A stretch of DNA of 64,000 nucleotides from an uncultured Planctomycetota bacterium (lineage in GTDB: Bacteria; Planctomycetota; Phycisphaerae; Tepidisphaerales; Tepidisphaeraceae), in the NCBI GenBank assembly GCA_963841915.1, contig CAWJEN010000006.1, positions 1,504,001 to 1,568,000 of the forward strand. The letters are read 5' to 3'. Below the pieces are notes generated by a model, which was given only the letters and a program-made list of their open reading frames with translations, was not told the DNA's origin and searched no databases. This document shows positions 53,372 to 63,821 of this stretch, piece after piece (position 1 is the first letter of the stretch; each line of letters opens with the position of its first letter). The translations under genes and the position numbers were made by a program.

Positions 53372-53722
53372 ATGTCTGACGAATCCAAGCCCGAACAACA
53401 GCAGCCCAAGGGCCCGCAGGTCATCATCGACGAGCGCGAGCTGCAGTACGTCTACGCCAACGCCTACCGCGTCCACGCCGCCGATGAGGTCGTCCTCGAC
53501 TTGGGCTACAACATGCCCAACCCGAACCCCAACCCACAGGCCCAGCAGGGTGTCCAGCAGGTTCTGTACCGCGGCAGCCACCGCGTCATCATGACCTACG
53601 CCAACGCCAAGCGGCTTGCCGGCAGCCTCGTTCAGCTCGTCAAGCGCTACGAGCAGCAGTTCGGTGAAATCAAGCTGCCCCAGGCCCAGCCCGCCCCGGG
53701 CCAGGGCGAGCCGGTGCAGTGA
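53372..53722 (+). CDS. DUF3467 family protein
   Basis: YVYANAYRV....EVVLDLG...HRVIMTYANAKRL...L...VKRYEQQFGEI. Confidence 0.85.
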   Translation: MSDESKPEQQQPKGPQVIIDERELQYVYANAYRVHAADEVVLDLGYNMPNPNPNPQAQQGVQQVLYRGSHRVIMTYANAKRLAGSLVQLVKRYEQQFGEIKLPQAQPAPGQGEPVQ

Positions 53723-53749
53723 TCCGATCGAGATCCTGAAAAACTACAC

Positions 53750-53781
53750 GAGCCGCAGCTTCGGTTGCGGCTCTTGTTTTT
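53750..53781 (+). terminator. Intrinsic terminator, probably bidirectional
   Basis: GAGCCGCAGC-TTCG-GTTGCGGCTC-TTGTTTTT with an A-run upstream; lies between convergent genes. Confidence 0.85.
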
Positions 53782-53786
53782 GTGCG

Positions 53787-54386
53787 TCATGAACCATCCG
53801 ATCGCGCGGCGGTAGACGCCGGTGGTTCGTCCAGAACTCGAATGCCTCGACGACCGGGTCGAACCGCCAGCACAACGGCATCGCCGACGTTGTGGCGGTG
53901 GTAATGCTTGCTGGAGACGCCACATCGGTGCAGGTGCTTCTTGCCCTCAAGAACGTAGCGGAACCTCATCTGGCCGCCGTTGTTCGCGAGGTTGAAGCCC
54001 ATGACCGCCCGAGTTTTGTCGACAACGACGGCCCTGACACCCACTTCACCGGGCTTGAGGTGGTAGGTTTGAGCCTTGCGTCGTGCCGACCAGAGGGCAA
54101 TGTCGGCCGAGTAGTACCAACACAATCCTGAGATTCCGACGATGAGCAACATGATTGCCAAGCTCGGCACGACCTCGAGAGGGATGGCCTGCCAAGGCGG
54201 TACGCCGGTAGCGACGCCTCGAAGCAGCACCATCGCCGTCGCAATGCCCAGGTAGAGCGCCAAACCGACGAAGCAGCCGCGGTTGAGCCACAACGCGTTC
54301 TTTGTCTCCTGCGGAACTACCGGCACGATCTCGTACGCGAGCGGCTGTGTCTTTGCCGGTTCGTCCTTCGCCACCGTCGGCATCAT
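53787..54386 (-). CDS. Hypothetical membrane protein (two TM helices plus a beta-rich C-terminus)
   Basis: Probable start ATG 54386; two hydrophobic helices. Confidence 0.6.
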   Translation of the reverse strand: MMPTVAKDEPAKTQPLAYEIVPVVPQETKNALWLNRGCFVGLALYLGIATAMVLLRGVATGVPPWQAIPLEVVPSLAIMLLIVGISGLCWYYSADIALWSARRKAQTYHLKPGEVGVRAVVVDKTRAVMGFNLANNGGQMRFRYVLEGKKHLHRCGVSSKHYHRHNVGDAVVLAVRPGRRGIRVLDEPPASTAARSDGS

Positions 54387-54396
54387 ACGGTCGCGT

Positions 54397-55080
54397 ATGT
54401 CCGCCACCGCTGCGATCGTCCTGCTCTCCGGTGGCCTCGACAGCGCCACGACGCTCGCCGTTGCGACGAAGCAAGACGGCCTCGCCTGCCACTGCCTCAG
54501 CGTCGACTACGGCCAACGGCACAAGGCAGAGCTCGACGCAGCCGCACGGGTTGCCGCGTCCCTCGACGCCGTCGCGCACAAGGTCGTCCGCGTCGACCTG
54601 TCCGCCTTCGGTGGCAGCGCGCTCACCGACGACATCGACGTGCCCAAATCCGGCCCGACCGACGGCATTCCCGTCACCTACGTGCCGGCCCGCAACACGG
54701 TGCTGCTGGCACTGGCCCTGGCGTATGCCGAGACCGTCGACACCGGCCTCATCTACTGCGGCGTCAACGCTGTCGACTACAGCGGCTACCCGGACTGTCG
54801 TCCCGAGTTCATCGCCGCCTTCGAGCGGACGGCCAACCTGGCCACGAAAGCTGCCGTCGAAGGGCGGCAGTGGGTCGAGGTGCGGGCCCCGCTGATCCAG
54901 CTGACGAAGGCCGACATCGTCAAGCTCGGCACCTCTCTCGGCGTCGACTATTCGGCGACTGTCACGTGCTACGACCCGGACGACGCCGGCCATGCGTGCG
55001 GAACGTGCGATGCGTGCCGACTGCGGCGGATCGGTTTTGAGGAGGCCGGGCTTGATGATCCGACGCGGTACATCGGGTAG
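54397..55080 (+). CDS. queC: 7-cyano-7-deazaguanine synthase
   Basis: [36 protein letters not shown]...[10 protein letters not shown]. Confidence 0.96.
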   Translation: MSATAAIVLLSGGLDSATTLAVATKQDGLACHCLSVDYGQRHKAELDAAARVAASLDAVAHKVVRVDLSAFGGSALTDDIDVPKSGPTDGIPVTYVPARNTVLLALALAYAETVDTGLIYCGVNAVDYSGYPDCRPEFIAAFERTANLATKAAVEGRQWVEVRAPLIQLTKADIVKLGTSLGVDYSATVTCYDPDDAGHACGTCDACRLRRIGFEEAGLDDPTRYIG

Positions 55081-55121
55081 TGGTTGACATTTTTGCAAAG
55101 CCACTGAATTGGCTTTGCCAG

Positions 55122-56072
55122 TCAGTCACTTCCTTTCCATTGATCGACAAGGTTGTCTGCTGCTTTGGCCCAATCGTCGAAGGCGAACTCGAAGCCGGCG
55201 TCTAGCAGTCGGCCCGGCACGACGCGGCGGCTCTTGAGGACGAGCTCGCTCTCCGTCCGCAGCACGCGGGTGCCGATCTCGATCATCAGCGGCGTCGCCG
55301 GCAGGCCGATCGGGACGCCGGCAGCCTGTCGCAGGGTCTTCATGAAGGCGGCGTAACGCACCGGCGTCGGTGAGCAGACGTTGATCGGCCCGGCCAGATC
55401 GTCCCGCTCGATGAGCAGGTCCATCACGCGGCAGAAGTCGTCGCCGTGGATCCAGCTCACGACCGGCTTTCGCCCGAGGATCGGCCCGCCGAGCCCGCGA
55501 CGGCAAAGCCAGAGCAGCGTGTCGAAGATGCCGCCGCGATCCGGCGTCATCACCATCGCCGACCGAAGGGCCAGCTTGCGCGTGTGAGGCACGTCGGCGT
55601 CGTCGAGTGCCTTCTCCCAGGCTCTCGCCACGTCGTAGCTGAAGTGCCACGTGTCGGGCTGATCCGGCTCGACGCCGAGTGTGCCGGTGGCCTCGTCCTG
55701 ATCGCGGTCCAGGCTGTGGGCGTAGATGGTAGCGGTCGCCATCTGCAGCCAGACGGACGGCGGTCGCTCGGCTTGGCGGATCGCGTCGGTGACGGCCCGC
55801 ACAGAGTCGACGCGGCTGTCGACAATGAGTTTGCGGTTGGTCGCGTTGTAGCGGCAGTTGACGCTGCGCCCGGCGAGGTTCAGCACCACATCGGCACCGT
55901 CAAGCTCAGCCACCCAGTCACCAGTCGTCTTGCCGTCCCAAACGACTTGCCGCCACGGCGCGTCGTTCGTCGGCGAGCGGGTCAGCACGACCACATCGTC
56001 GCCGCGAGCGTGGGCGTGTCGGGCGTAGCAGGTGCCGACCTGCCCGCTGCCGCCTGGGAGGACGAGCTTCAT
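55122..56072 (-). CDS. TIGR01777-family NAD(P)-binding epimerase/oxidoreductase (YfcH-like)
   Basis: GGSGQVG, VLNLAGRSVNCRY, SWIHGDD, ELVLKSRRVVP.RLL. Confidence 0.88.
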   Translation of the reverse strand: MKLVLPGGSGQVGTCYARHAHARGDDVVVLTRSPTNDAPWRQVVWDGKTTGDWVAELDGADVVLNLAGRSVNCRYNATNRKLIVDSRVDSVRAVTDAIRQAERPPSVWLQMATATIYAHSLDRDQDEATGTLGVEPDQPDTWHFSYDVARAWEKALDDADVPHTRKLALRSAMVMTPDRGGIFDTLLWLCRRGLGGPILGRKPVVSWIHGDDFCRVMDLLIERDDLAGPINVCSPTPVRYAAFMKTLRQAAGVPIGLPATPLMIEIGTRVLRTESELVLKSRRVVPGRLLDAGFEFAFDDWAKAADNLVDQWKGSD

Positions 56073-56147
56073 TGGCCAAGTTTATGACAGGTACCGAATC
56101 CTCCGTTCAAGTTTGGCGAGTGTGTTACATGTTCTAACGTACGACCT

Positions 56148-56876
56148 ATGGCCTCTCCGATCACGTCGTTGCCGAAGATGAAGCGTTTCTTGTGCGTCGC
56201 GCCGCATCCGGATGACGCGGAGCTGGGCATGGGCGGCACGCTGATCACGCTGGCCAAGGCGGGACACCACGTCACGATCTGCGACCTTACCAACGGCGAG
56301 CCGACGCCCAACGGCAGTGCTGAGATTCGTGAGAAGGAGTGGACCGAGGCGACGAAGCGGATGAACGATGGGCTTGCCCCCCACAGCCAGATCGAGCGTC
56401 GCAATCTGTACCTCAAGAACCGCGAGCTTCAGCACACGATCGCCAACCGCCACGCCCTGGCTGCCGTCATTCGCGAGGTAAAGCCGGATGTGGTCTTCTA
56501 CCCGTACTATCCCGACGCTCACCCGGACCATATTGCTGCGCACAAGATTGCCATTGACGCCCGCTTCGACGCCAAGCTGACGAAGTCTGACATTCCGGGC
56601 GAGCCGCACCACCCCAAGCGGATCATTCAGTATTTCTGCACCCATTTGCGGACCGACATCGTGCCGACGTTCTGCATCGACGTGAGCGACGTCTTCGAGC
56701 AGAAGCTGCACGTCTGCCGTGCGTACGCGAGCCAAGGCCTGGCCGACGACGAGGGGCTGCTCGACTTTGTCGACACGATGCACAAGTACCACGGCGGCCG
56801 CTGCGGGGTGAGGTACGCCGAGCCGTTCTACAGCGACGAGGTGATCGGATTCAGTGGGCTCGACGAACTGGTGTGA
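56148..56876 (+). CDS. bshB1: PIG-L/LmbE family deacetylase, bacillithiol BshB1-like
   Basis: APHPDDAELGMGG, DLTNGEPTP.GS...R..E, DAHPDH, YAEPF. Confidence 0.8.
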   Translation: MASPITSLPKMKRFLCVAPHPDDAELGMGGTLITLAKAGHHVTICDLTNGEPTPNGSAEIREKEWTEATKRMNDGLAPHSQIERRNLYLKNRELQHTIANRHALAAVIREVKPDVVFYPYYPDAHPDHIAAHKIAIDARFDAKLTKSDIPGEPHHPKRIIQYFCTHLRTDIVPTFCIDVSDVFEQKLHVCRAYASQGLADDEGLLDFVDTMHKYHGGRCGVRYAEPFYSDEVIGFSGLDELV

Positions 56877-56946
56877 CAGGACGGACTGCGGGTTGCATAT
56901 CCGCAGCTACCGCGTGGTGCGACGCATCTTCCAGCTTCATATCGTT

Positions 56947-57516
56947 GTGCACTTGAAGCAGGTTACTCTCGATGTTCTTGACGCTGCCGTGTCGGGCAGT
57001 TCGCTGGCCGAGCCGCTGACGCTGCGTGGTCAGCTGTCGCCGACGCGGACGACGTTGCTCGTTTTCCTGCGGCACTTCGGTTGTTGCTTCTGCCGGGAAA
57101 TGGTCAAGGACATTCGCATCGCCAGCGAGGCGGCAGACGGGCCGGGGGGCGAGCGGCGGTACCCGAAGGTCGTCTTCGTTCACATGGCCTCGCCGGAGCA
57201 GGGCGGCGAATTCTTTGGAAGCTACTGGCCGGCGAGCCCGGCGATCAGCGACCCGGACAAGCGGCTCTACGACGCATTCGGTCTCGGCCGCGGCAGCTTT
57301 GGGCAGATGTTCAAGCCGGCCGTCTGGGCGTGCGGCGTCCGGGCCCTTCGTAAAGGTCACGGCGTCGGCCGACCGGTGGGCGACCCGTGGGAGATGCCGG
57401 GCCTGTTCCTGCTCGAGCCCGATGGCAGCATCGTGTGGTCGCACGACTTCCGCCACGCGGGCGATCACCCGGACTTCCACGCCATCGCCTCCAGAACGTT
57501 TGGTGCCACGGTTTGA
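56947..57516 (+). CDS. Peroxiredoxin-like AhpC/TSA-2 (SelL-related) redoxin
   Basis: LVFLRHFGCCFCRE, ISDPDKRLYDAFGL, GDPWEMPGLF, HAGDHPD; start uncertain. Confidence 0.8.
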   Translation: MHLKQVTLDVLDAAVSGSSLAEPLTLRGQLSPTRTTLLVFLRHFGCCFCREMVKDIRIASEAADGPGGERRYPKVVFVHMASPEQGGEFFGSYWPASPAISDPDKRLYDAFGLGRGSFGQMFKPAVWACGVRALRKGHGVGRPVGDPWEMPGLFLLEPDGSIVWSHDFRHAGDHPDFHAIASRTFGATV

Positions 57517-57642
57517 GCCACCGTCTGCGGTGGGCAAACCGTGCCGGTGACGCGTCAAGATCGGACACTGTTTGCCCGCATCGGAATGCGGCTCAAACAG
57601 TGGCACCGGGCGGTCTTCCGAACGTCGCGAACATCTTCGGCG

Positions 57643-57915
57643 TCACCAGCGAAGCTTGCGGATGACCTGAAAGAGAATGAAGCCGCCGCCGACTACAGCA
57701 GCGACGGCTGTTGCCGAGGAAGCGAGATGTAGGAGGCCGGCCATCATCGTGCGCGGCTGGTAGGCAACGAGTGCCAACGGAATGAGCTGTAGCAGGGCGT
57801 ACAACCCGATGATTAACAACGCAAACCCCGTCGAAAGCGGTAGGAGAATCGGCACGAGCGTTGGAGCATCCGTGGCAGGCGTCGCGTAGTCGACAGTGTC
57901 GGGCTGCTCGCTCAT
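57643..57915 (-). CDS. Small membrane protein
   Basis: DTVDYATP leader plus two TM helices; overlaps the stop of the ABC ATPase gene. Confidence 0.6.
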   Translation of the reverse strand: MSEQPDTVDYATPATDAPTLVPILLPLSTGFALLIIGLYALLQLIPLALVAYQPRTMMAGLLHLASSATAVAAVVGGGFILFQVIRKLRW

Positions 57916-58850
57916 TGCACAATGCCCTTCGTCAGCCGCATGAAGGCGGTCTCGAGGTTAACTTCTTCTTCGCGGAACAAGGTCAGCTTGTAGCCGCCTT
58001 GGACGAGGCGGCCGGCGAGGAAGGTGTAGTCGGTGACGCCATCTTTCAGCAGGACTTCGAGGTGGTCGCCCTTGTTGTCGACTTTGGCCACGTTGGGATC
58101 TTCGGCCAAAATGTTGGCCGCTGCGACGGCGTTGCTGGCGACGCCGATCTGAATCACCGTGCCACGCTTGGCCTTCTTGACGATGTCCGTCCACGGCCCG
58201 CTGTAGAGCAGCTCGCCGCGTTCGATGATGCCGACGGTGTTACACAAATCCTGCAGTTCCGGCAGAATGTGCGACGAAATGATGATCGTCTTGCCCATCG
58301 TTCGGAGCGTCTTGAGCAGCTCGCGCAGCTCGACGCGGGCACGCGGGTCGAGGTTGCCTGCCGGTTCGTCAAGGAGCAACACCTTCGGGTCGTGCAGCAA
58401 TACGCGGGCGATGCTCAGCCGCTGCTTCATGCCGCGGCTCAGGCCGTCGACGGGGGCGTCGTGCTTGTACGTCAGGTCCGTCAGCTCCAGCACGTCACCG
58501 ACGACCTTGACGCGTTCGCTGCCGTTGATGTCGTACGCGGCGGCGAAGAACTCGAGGTACTCCTGAACGACCATGTCCTCGTATGCCCCGAAGTAGTCGG
58601 GCACATAGCCGAGTAGCGGGCGAATCTGACGCGACTGGTAACCGACGACGAGGCCACAGACACGTGCCTCGCCCCAGGTCGGCTGGAGCAGGGTGCCGAG
58701 GATCTTCATCGTCGTGGTCTTGCCCGCACCGTTGGGGCCGATGAAGCCGAAGCAATCGCCCTCGGCGATTTCGAGGTTGAGGTTCGACAGCGCCACGAGC
58801 TGGCCGTAACGCTTGGTCAGGTTGACCGTCTTGATGACCGGCTCGCTCAT
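57912..58850 (-). CDS. ABC transporter ATP-binding protein (ABC-2/export type)
   Basis: GPNGAGKTT Walker A, LSRGMKQR signature, LLLDEP, SSHIL. Confidence 0.95.
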   Translation of the reverse strand: MSEPVIKTVNLTKRYGQLVALSNLNLEIAEGDCFGFIGPNGAGKTTTMKILGTLLQPTWGEARVCGLVVGYQSRQIRPLLGYVPDYFGAYEDMVVQEYLEFFAAAYDINGSERVKVVGDVLELTDLTYKHDAPVDGLSRGMKQRLSIARVLLHDPKVLLLDEPAGNLDPRARVELRELLKTLRTMGKTIIISSHILPELQDLCNTVGIIERGELLYSGPWTDIVKKAKRGTVIQIGVASNAVAAANILAEDPNVAKVDNKGDHLEVLLKDGVTDYTFLAGRLVQGGYKLTLFREEEVNLETAFMRLTKGIVQ

Positions 58851-61333
58851 GATGTTGCCTCTGGTGCTTCTTCCTCGACGTCCTCTTGGCCGTCTTCGTC
58901 GGTGGTCTGTTCCTCGACAATCAATCCGCTGCGGTCGATTGGCAGCACGAACTGCGCCACAACGGTTCCCGTGCCGCCAAGCTTCGCGCCGTCCACCGTC
59001 AGCGGAATAGGTGTTTCGACCTCATCGGCTTCGGCAATGACAACAAAGTTCCCGGCCGACAAGGCAGCGGTGATGTCCCACTCGCTCGCGCCGCGGTTCA
59101 CCGGCACCACCGCATCGGATGTGCCTTGCTGATTCGTCATCGGCGGTAGCATTTCGAACAGCGACAGCACCGCAGGCGTCACGCGATAGTCACTGGCCCA
59201 GTCGTCGAACACGCTTTGCTGCCCCGTCGACAGCGACAGCCGAACGCCGTTGATCGCGTACCAGTACTGCGGTGCCCAGTCGATGCGGAGCGTGCCCGTC
59301 ACCGGCCTGTTCCGCGGCGGCTGCAACGCGCTGCCGCTGGCGCGATACGACACCGTCGCCACGCGACCGTCGTCGTCTTGCATCACGTCCTTAAGCGACC
59401 GGATCGAACGGCCGTTGTCCCAGCTCGGCAGGTAGAGCACGACCGTCTCAGACCGTGCCCCGCGAGGCCGCTTGTAAGCGATGTGGACATTGCGCAGGTC
59501 AAGGCCACTGGTGTTGACGAGCGAGCCGACCGGGAAACGCTCACCGCCGACAAGGGCAACGCTTCCCTCGATGCCCAGTCGCCTCGGGCCGCCACTGACA
59601 GCCTCGAACTTCTTGAGCGTGCTGCGGTAGGGCACGTCGATTACGCTCGCGTCGCTCAAGTCGACCACGTACGTCACCGGGCTCGCCCGCGAGCCTGTCA
59701 TGACATCGCGATCGCTTGGGGGAATGAGCGCTGTGACAACGCTTTCGACCGCATCGCCGGGGGCGTCTTCCTGCGCGACGCTGATCGTCTGCACGCCGTC
59801 CCGCGGGACGTAGATGCCCAGGTCAGCTGCAATGTGCGACGGTGCGACGCTGCCGCCCCGCAGCAGGCTGACATGCCGTAACTTCGCGGGTCCGCGCAGG
59901 ACAAGGCCGGTCACGAGCACCGTCAACGCCGCCGCCCCGGCCGCGGCAAGGCCGAACGCGTACCAGCTCAAATGCGTCCGCTTCGTCCGCAACAACCAGA
60001 AGTAAACACCTGGCCCGGCCAGCAGCCAGTAGGCGATGAAGAAGACGATCACGAGCGTCACCAGCGTCGAGCTGCGACCGGCCAATCGAATGCCCGCCTG
60101 CGGCGAGTTGCCGAAGTCGCGATAGCCGTTGGTGCGGTACCTCGCCACGTCCGAGTCTCTGTCGGCAAGTTGAGGTTCGTCCCCGACGTCGAGCAGGCTC
60201 GCCCAGATGGCTGTCCATCCGCCGGTGGGCGAGGCACGGTCACCGAGCAGGTTGCGGTTGGAGACATCGGTGGCGAGCCACGTCACGCAGCCAAAGCCAT
60301 AGCCGGTGCGGGCCATCAGCGGAAAGCGACCGTCGGGTGAGACGTCGCTGAGCGCATCGGCCTGGTCCTTGGCGGTGCCCTCGAAGTCGTCGGGCTCCAG
60401 CCACGCCTCGACGATCGAGTCGCTCTTGGGAAGTCCGAGCACGAAGCGGACCGGCCCGGGCACCCCTTCGTACGGCTCGGCCTGCCGCGCCAGCAGGCGA
60501 TCCGACACGCGCGGCAGCGGGGCGGCGTTGTCTAAGTCGACGGCCGCGGCGGGTGTGACCGGTAGCAGGTCGAAGATGGGCTCGAGTGCTTGCCAATCGC
60601 TCTGGTGCGTGACAATCAGCCGGCCACCCGAGCGGACGTAACTGCGAAGGGCCGACATCTGCTCGCCGCCTCCGTCGAGCAGGTCACCGGGGTCTGCGTT
60701 CTGCCACACGACGGCGTCGACCATGTCGTACCCGATCGCACGATCAGGCAGATCCTGCGTCCGAAGACTTGCCGGCCGGTTGGTCTTGATGATGCCGATG
60801 AGGTTCGGATCGCTCAGCTCGCCCAGCCCGTTGTAGAACCCGCCGGCCTCACCACCGACGAGCAGCAGCAGCCGGCCGGGCTTGGCCTGCGGGCCTTGAG
60901 CGTGGATCGACTCGGGCGGACGCGCTTCCACCGGCAAACGGGCCAGCTCGCGGCCCTCGCTGTCGGCCAGCACCACCCGCAGATCACGCTGCGGATCAAA
61001 CCCGCCGCGACCAGGGGCGATCTTGAAGTACGACCAAAACGTCTGGCTGCCACCTCCGGCAAGCGTGACGGCACGGTCGAAGTAAACGCGGTCACCGTCG
61101 AGATCCTGCTGGACGACTCGCAGGATGTAAGACCCCGGCTCCCCGGCAGGTGGCTGGAGACTGACCCGCATCGGCACCCAGCCCAGCGGGTCGTAGAACC
61201 CGCCGAGCCCGACCTCGGTCACGCTGCCGACGGTGTTTCCCGGCACCTGCGCACGAACGCTCGACGCGCTCAGAAGCAACGCCCCCAGCGCCACCAGAAT
61301 AAAGACGAGCTTGACGCGCGGCGACATCGACAT
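58847..61333 (-). CDS. Large exported/membrane protein associated with the ABC ATPase (glutamine amidotransferase-like fold inferred)
   Basis: Signal peptide, GWVPMRV, LPDRAIGYDMVDAVVW, YVRSGGRLIV, internal TM pair (FFIAYWLLAGP). Confidence 0.7.
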   Translation of the reverse strand: MSMSPRVKLVFILVALGALLLSASSVRAQVPGNTVGSVTEVGLGGFYDPLGWVPMRVSLQPPAGEPGSYILRVVQQDLDGDRVYFDRAVTLAGGGSQTFWSYFKIAPGRGGFDPQRDLRVVLADSEGRELARLPVEARPPESIHAQGPQAKPGRLLLLVGGEAGGFYNGLGELSDPNLIGIIKTNRPASLRTQDLPDRAIGYDMVDAVVWQNADPGDLLDGGGEQMSALRSYVRSGGRLIVTHQSDWQALEPIFDLLPVTPAAAVDLDNAAPLPRVSDRLLARQAEPYEGVPGPVRFVLGLPKSDSIVEAWLEPDDFEGTAKDQADALSDVSPDGRFPLMARTGYGFGCVTWLATDVSNRNLLGDRASPTGGWTAIWASLLDVGDEPQLADRDSDVARYRTNGYRDFGNSPQAGIRLAGRSSTLVTLVIVFFIAYWLLAGPGVYFWLLRTKRTHLSWYAFGLAAAGAAALTVLVTGLVLRGPAKLRHVSLLRGGSVAPSHIAADLGIYVPRDGVQTISVAQEDAPGDAVESVVTALIPPSDRDVMTGSRASPVTYVVDLSDASVIDVPYRSTLKKFEAVSGGPRRLGIEGSVALVGGERFPVGSLVNTSGLDLRNVHIAYKRPRGARSETVVLYLPSWDNGRSIRSLKDVMQDDDGRVATVSYRASGSALQPPRNRPVTGTLRIDWAPQYWYAINGVRLSLSTGQQSVFDDWASDYRVTPAVLSLFEMLPPMTNQQGTSDAVVPVNRGASEWDITAALSAGNFVVIAEADEVETPIPLTVDGAKLGGTGTVVAQFVLPIDRSGLIVEEQTTDEDGQEDVEEEAPEATS

Positions 61334-61598
61334 CGGCACCTGCGACGCTAACCGCCCGCGTCTGCCGGGGCAACAGCGACGCGACCTCCATCTACATCGC
61401 CCGCACAAAAGCGTGCCGCGACACCAGAAGCGGTCGCAAGGGTGCCACACCCTCTCGCGAAGCAAAAGTTGTGTCTGCGCCGCTGCTCCAGGAATCCTGA
61501 CACACTTTCCCCTGCGGGAGAAGGCGTGGCACCAACGCTTCGTTTTGGGGAAGCTGTGGCATCGACGCGGTGGGCGATCCCGCCCCTACATTCGCTCC

Positions 61599-63584
61599 AT
61601 GAGCACGAACCTTCATTGGGGCATTCTCGCCACCGGGCGCATCGCTAAAGCATTTGCGGGTGATTTGGAGAAGACGGATCGCGGCACCTTTGCCGCGGTG
61701 GCGAGCCGGTCGCTCGAGAAGGCCAAAGCCTTTGCAGAACCGTTTTCCGGCGTCAAAGCCCTCGGCAGTTACGAAGAACTCGTCGCTGCTGACGATATTG
61801 ATGCGGTCTACATCGCCACGCCGCACCCGCAGCACGCGCAGTGGGCGATCAAGCTGCTTCGCGCCGGTAAGCACGTTCTGTGCGAGAAGCCGATTTGCGT
61901 CAACGCCGCCGACGCCGAGGCCGTCGTCGAAGCCGCCCGTGTCAGCGGCAAGGTGCTCATGGAGGCCTACATGTACCGCTGCCACCCGGTCATGTCGAAG
62001 CTCGTCGAGCTCATCAAGGACGGGGCGATCGGAGACGTGCAGCACATCGACTCGGCCTTCAGCTTCCGCGCCGGTGACGACCCCGACGGCCGCCTCATGA
62101 ATGCCGACCTGGCCGGTGGTGGCATTCTTGACGTCGGTGGATACGCGGTCAGTCTCGCCCGGCTCGTCGCCGGTGCGGCCAACGGTCAGCCGCTTGCCGA
62201 GCCGACCGCGTTTAAAGCCGTCGGCCACATCGGTAAGACCGGCATCGACGAATGGACGTCAGCCGTCTGCACGTTTGCGGGTGGCATCGTCGCCAGCCTG
62301 CGCACCGGCGTGCGACTCAACGCCGACAACGGCCTGCGCGTCTTCGGCACCGAGGGCAACCTCCGCATCGACCAGCCGTTCATCCCTGCCCGCGACGGTG
62401 GCACGGTCGACATCGTCATCACCAAGGGCGGCAACACGGAGTCGATCGCGGTTGAGACAACCACGCCGCTCTACGCCCTTGAGGCCGAGACCTTTGCCAA
62501 GGCCGTCGAGACCGGTACGACGCCTTACCCGGCCATGTCGATGGACGACACGCTGGCGAACATGAAGGTGCTCGACACGTGGCGGAACGAGATCAAGCTG
62601 CTGTACCCCTTTGAGACCGAGGCCGGCTACCGCACGACGACCGTCGCCGAAGAGCCGCTGGCACGCAAGCCCGACGCCACCATGCCGACGGCCACGATCG
62701 ACGGCATCGGCTTTGAGGTCTCCAAGTTCTTCATGGGCTGTGACAACCAGGCGTTGCTCCGCGACGCCGCACCGCTGTACGACGCGTTCTTCGAGGCGGG
62801 CGGTAACGGGTTCGACACCGCCAGCGTCTACGGCCGCTCGCGGTCGGTCGTGCTGGGCGAGTGGATGAAGGTGCGAGGCGTTCGGGACCAGATCGCCGTC
62901 ATCTGCAAGGGTGCTCACACGCCCCATTGCCGGCCCGAGGTCATTGGTCAAGAGCTCGACAAGCAGCTCGATTGGCTGCAAACGACTCATTGTGAGTTCT
63001 ACTTCATGCACCGCGATGACCCGTCGGTGCCGGTCGGGGAGTTCGTGGACGCGATGAACGAAGAGGCCGACGCCGGTCGTATCCGCGGCATGTTCGGTGG
63101 CAGCAACTGGACGCTGGAGCGTGTGAAGGAGGCAAACGCCTACGCCGAGGCCAACGGCAAGCGCGGGTTCGGGGCGATCAGCCAGAACCTGTCACTGGCC
63201 GAACTGGTGTCGCCCGTCTGGGACGGTTGCGTGTGTGCCCACACGCAAGAATGGCTCGACTTCCTGGCCCAGACGAACACGGCCAACTTTGCCTGGAGCA
63301 GCCAGGCCCGCGGGTTCTTCGTGCCTGATCGCGACCTTGGCGAAGAGGAGCTGCAGCGGTGCTGGGTCAGCGACGACAACCTCAAGCGTCGCGAGCGGGC
63401 GGTGGAGCTGGCGGAGAAGAAGGGCGTCGAGCCCGTTGCCATCGCGGCGGCGTGGGTGCTGAAGCAGGCGTTCCCGAGCTTTGCGCTGATCGGCCCGCGG
63501 AGCATGAGCGAGCTGCGGACGTCACTCGCAGGTTTGGGCGTCGAGCTGACGGACGAAGAGCACGCGTGGCTCGACCTGAAGTAA
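61599..63584 (+). CDS. Fusion of Gfo/Idh/MocA oxidoreductase and aldo/keto reductase
   Basis: N-half: WGILATGRIA, YIATPHPQH, KHVLCEKP, GGGILDVG. C-half: FDTASVYG, KGAH, MHRDDP, GGSNW, AWSSQARGF. Confidence 0.9.
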   Translation: MSTNLHWGILATGRIAKAFAGDLEKTDRGTFAAVASRSLEKAKAFAEPFSGVKALGSYEELVAADDIDAVYIATPHPQHAQWAIKLLRAGKHVLCEKPICVNAADAEAVVEAARVSGKVLMEAYMYRCHPVMSKLVELIKDGAIGDVQHIDSAFSFRAGDDPDGRLMNADLAGGGILDVGGYAVSLARLVAGAANGQPLAEPTAFKAVGHIGKTGIDEWTSAVCTFAGGIVASLRTGVRLNADNGLRVFGTEGNLRIDQPFIPARDGGTVDIVITKGGNTESIAVETTTPLYALEAETFAKAVETGTTPYPAMSMDDTLANMKVLDTWRNEIKLLYPFETEAGYRTTTVAEEPLARKPDATMPTATIDGIGFEVSKFFMGCDNQALLRDAAPLYDAFFEAGGNGFDTASVYGRSRSVVLGEWMKVRGVRDQIAVICKGAHTPHCRPEVIGQELDKQLDWLQTTHCEFYFMHRDDPSVPVGEFVDAMNEEADAGRIRGMFGGSNWTLERVKEANAYAEANGKRGFGAISQNLSLAELVSPVWDGCVCAHTQEWLDFLAQTNTANFAWSSQARGFFVPDRDLGEEELQRCWVSDDNLKRRERAVELAEKKGVEPVAIAAAWVLKQAFPSFALIGPRSMSELRTSLAGLGVELTDEEHAWLDLK

Positions 63585-63738
63585 GCGCAAAGGCGGCCGC
63601 CGCGGCGCAACGGTCAGAATGCTCGAAATGCCCTGACGCGGATTGCGAGATGCGTCAAACGTCATATGCGGCCGACGTAAAGCGTGCACGGCCGTGTCGC
63701 ATGGCGGACGACCCGCCGACGCAGTCGATGGGCGCGAT

Positions 63739-63754
63739 TGTTCCACGTGGAACA
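63739..63754. promoter_or_regulatory. parS site
   Basis: TGTTCCACGTGGAACA, perfect palindrome. Confidence 0.88.
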
Positions 63755-63805
63755 TTGGCGGTGTGCGTGGACCCCTCGCCAGGCGACGCCAGCGGGGTCG
63801 GCGGA

Positions 63806-63821
63806 TGTTCCACGTGGAACA
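63806..63821. promoter_or_regulatory. parS site
   Basis: TGTTCCACGTGGAACA, perfect palindrome. Confidence 0.88.

Noticed and set aside
54397..55080. QueC-based anti-phage or DNA-modification system (QatC/Dpd)
   Set aside because: It is a canonical-length housekeeping QueC with no defence-associated neighbours.
56854..57516. Selenoprotein (SelL-type) readthrough
   Set aside because: The active-site codons are TGT/TGC with no in-frame TGA.
61233..61598. N-terminal extensions in the ORF track (Gfo-AKR from 61233, queC from 54283, 768-1151, 36523-36732, 39371-39484, PEP-CTERM from 27271)
   Set aside because: The extensions overlap neighbouring genes or look non-protein-like. Downstream starts match family N-termini and upstream TANNNT, RBS or motif signals.
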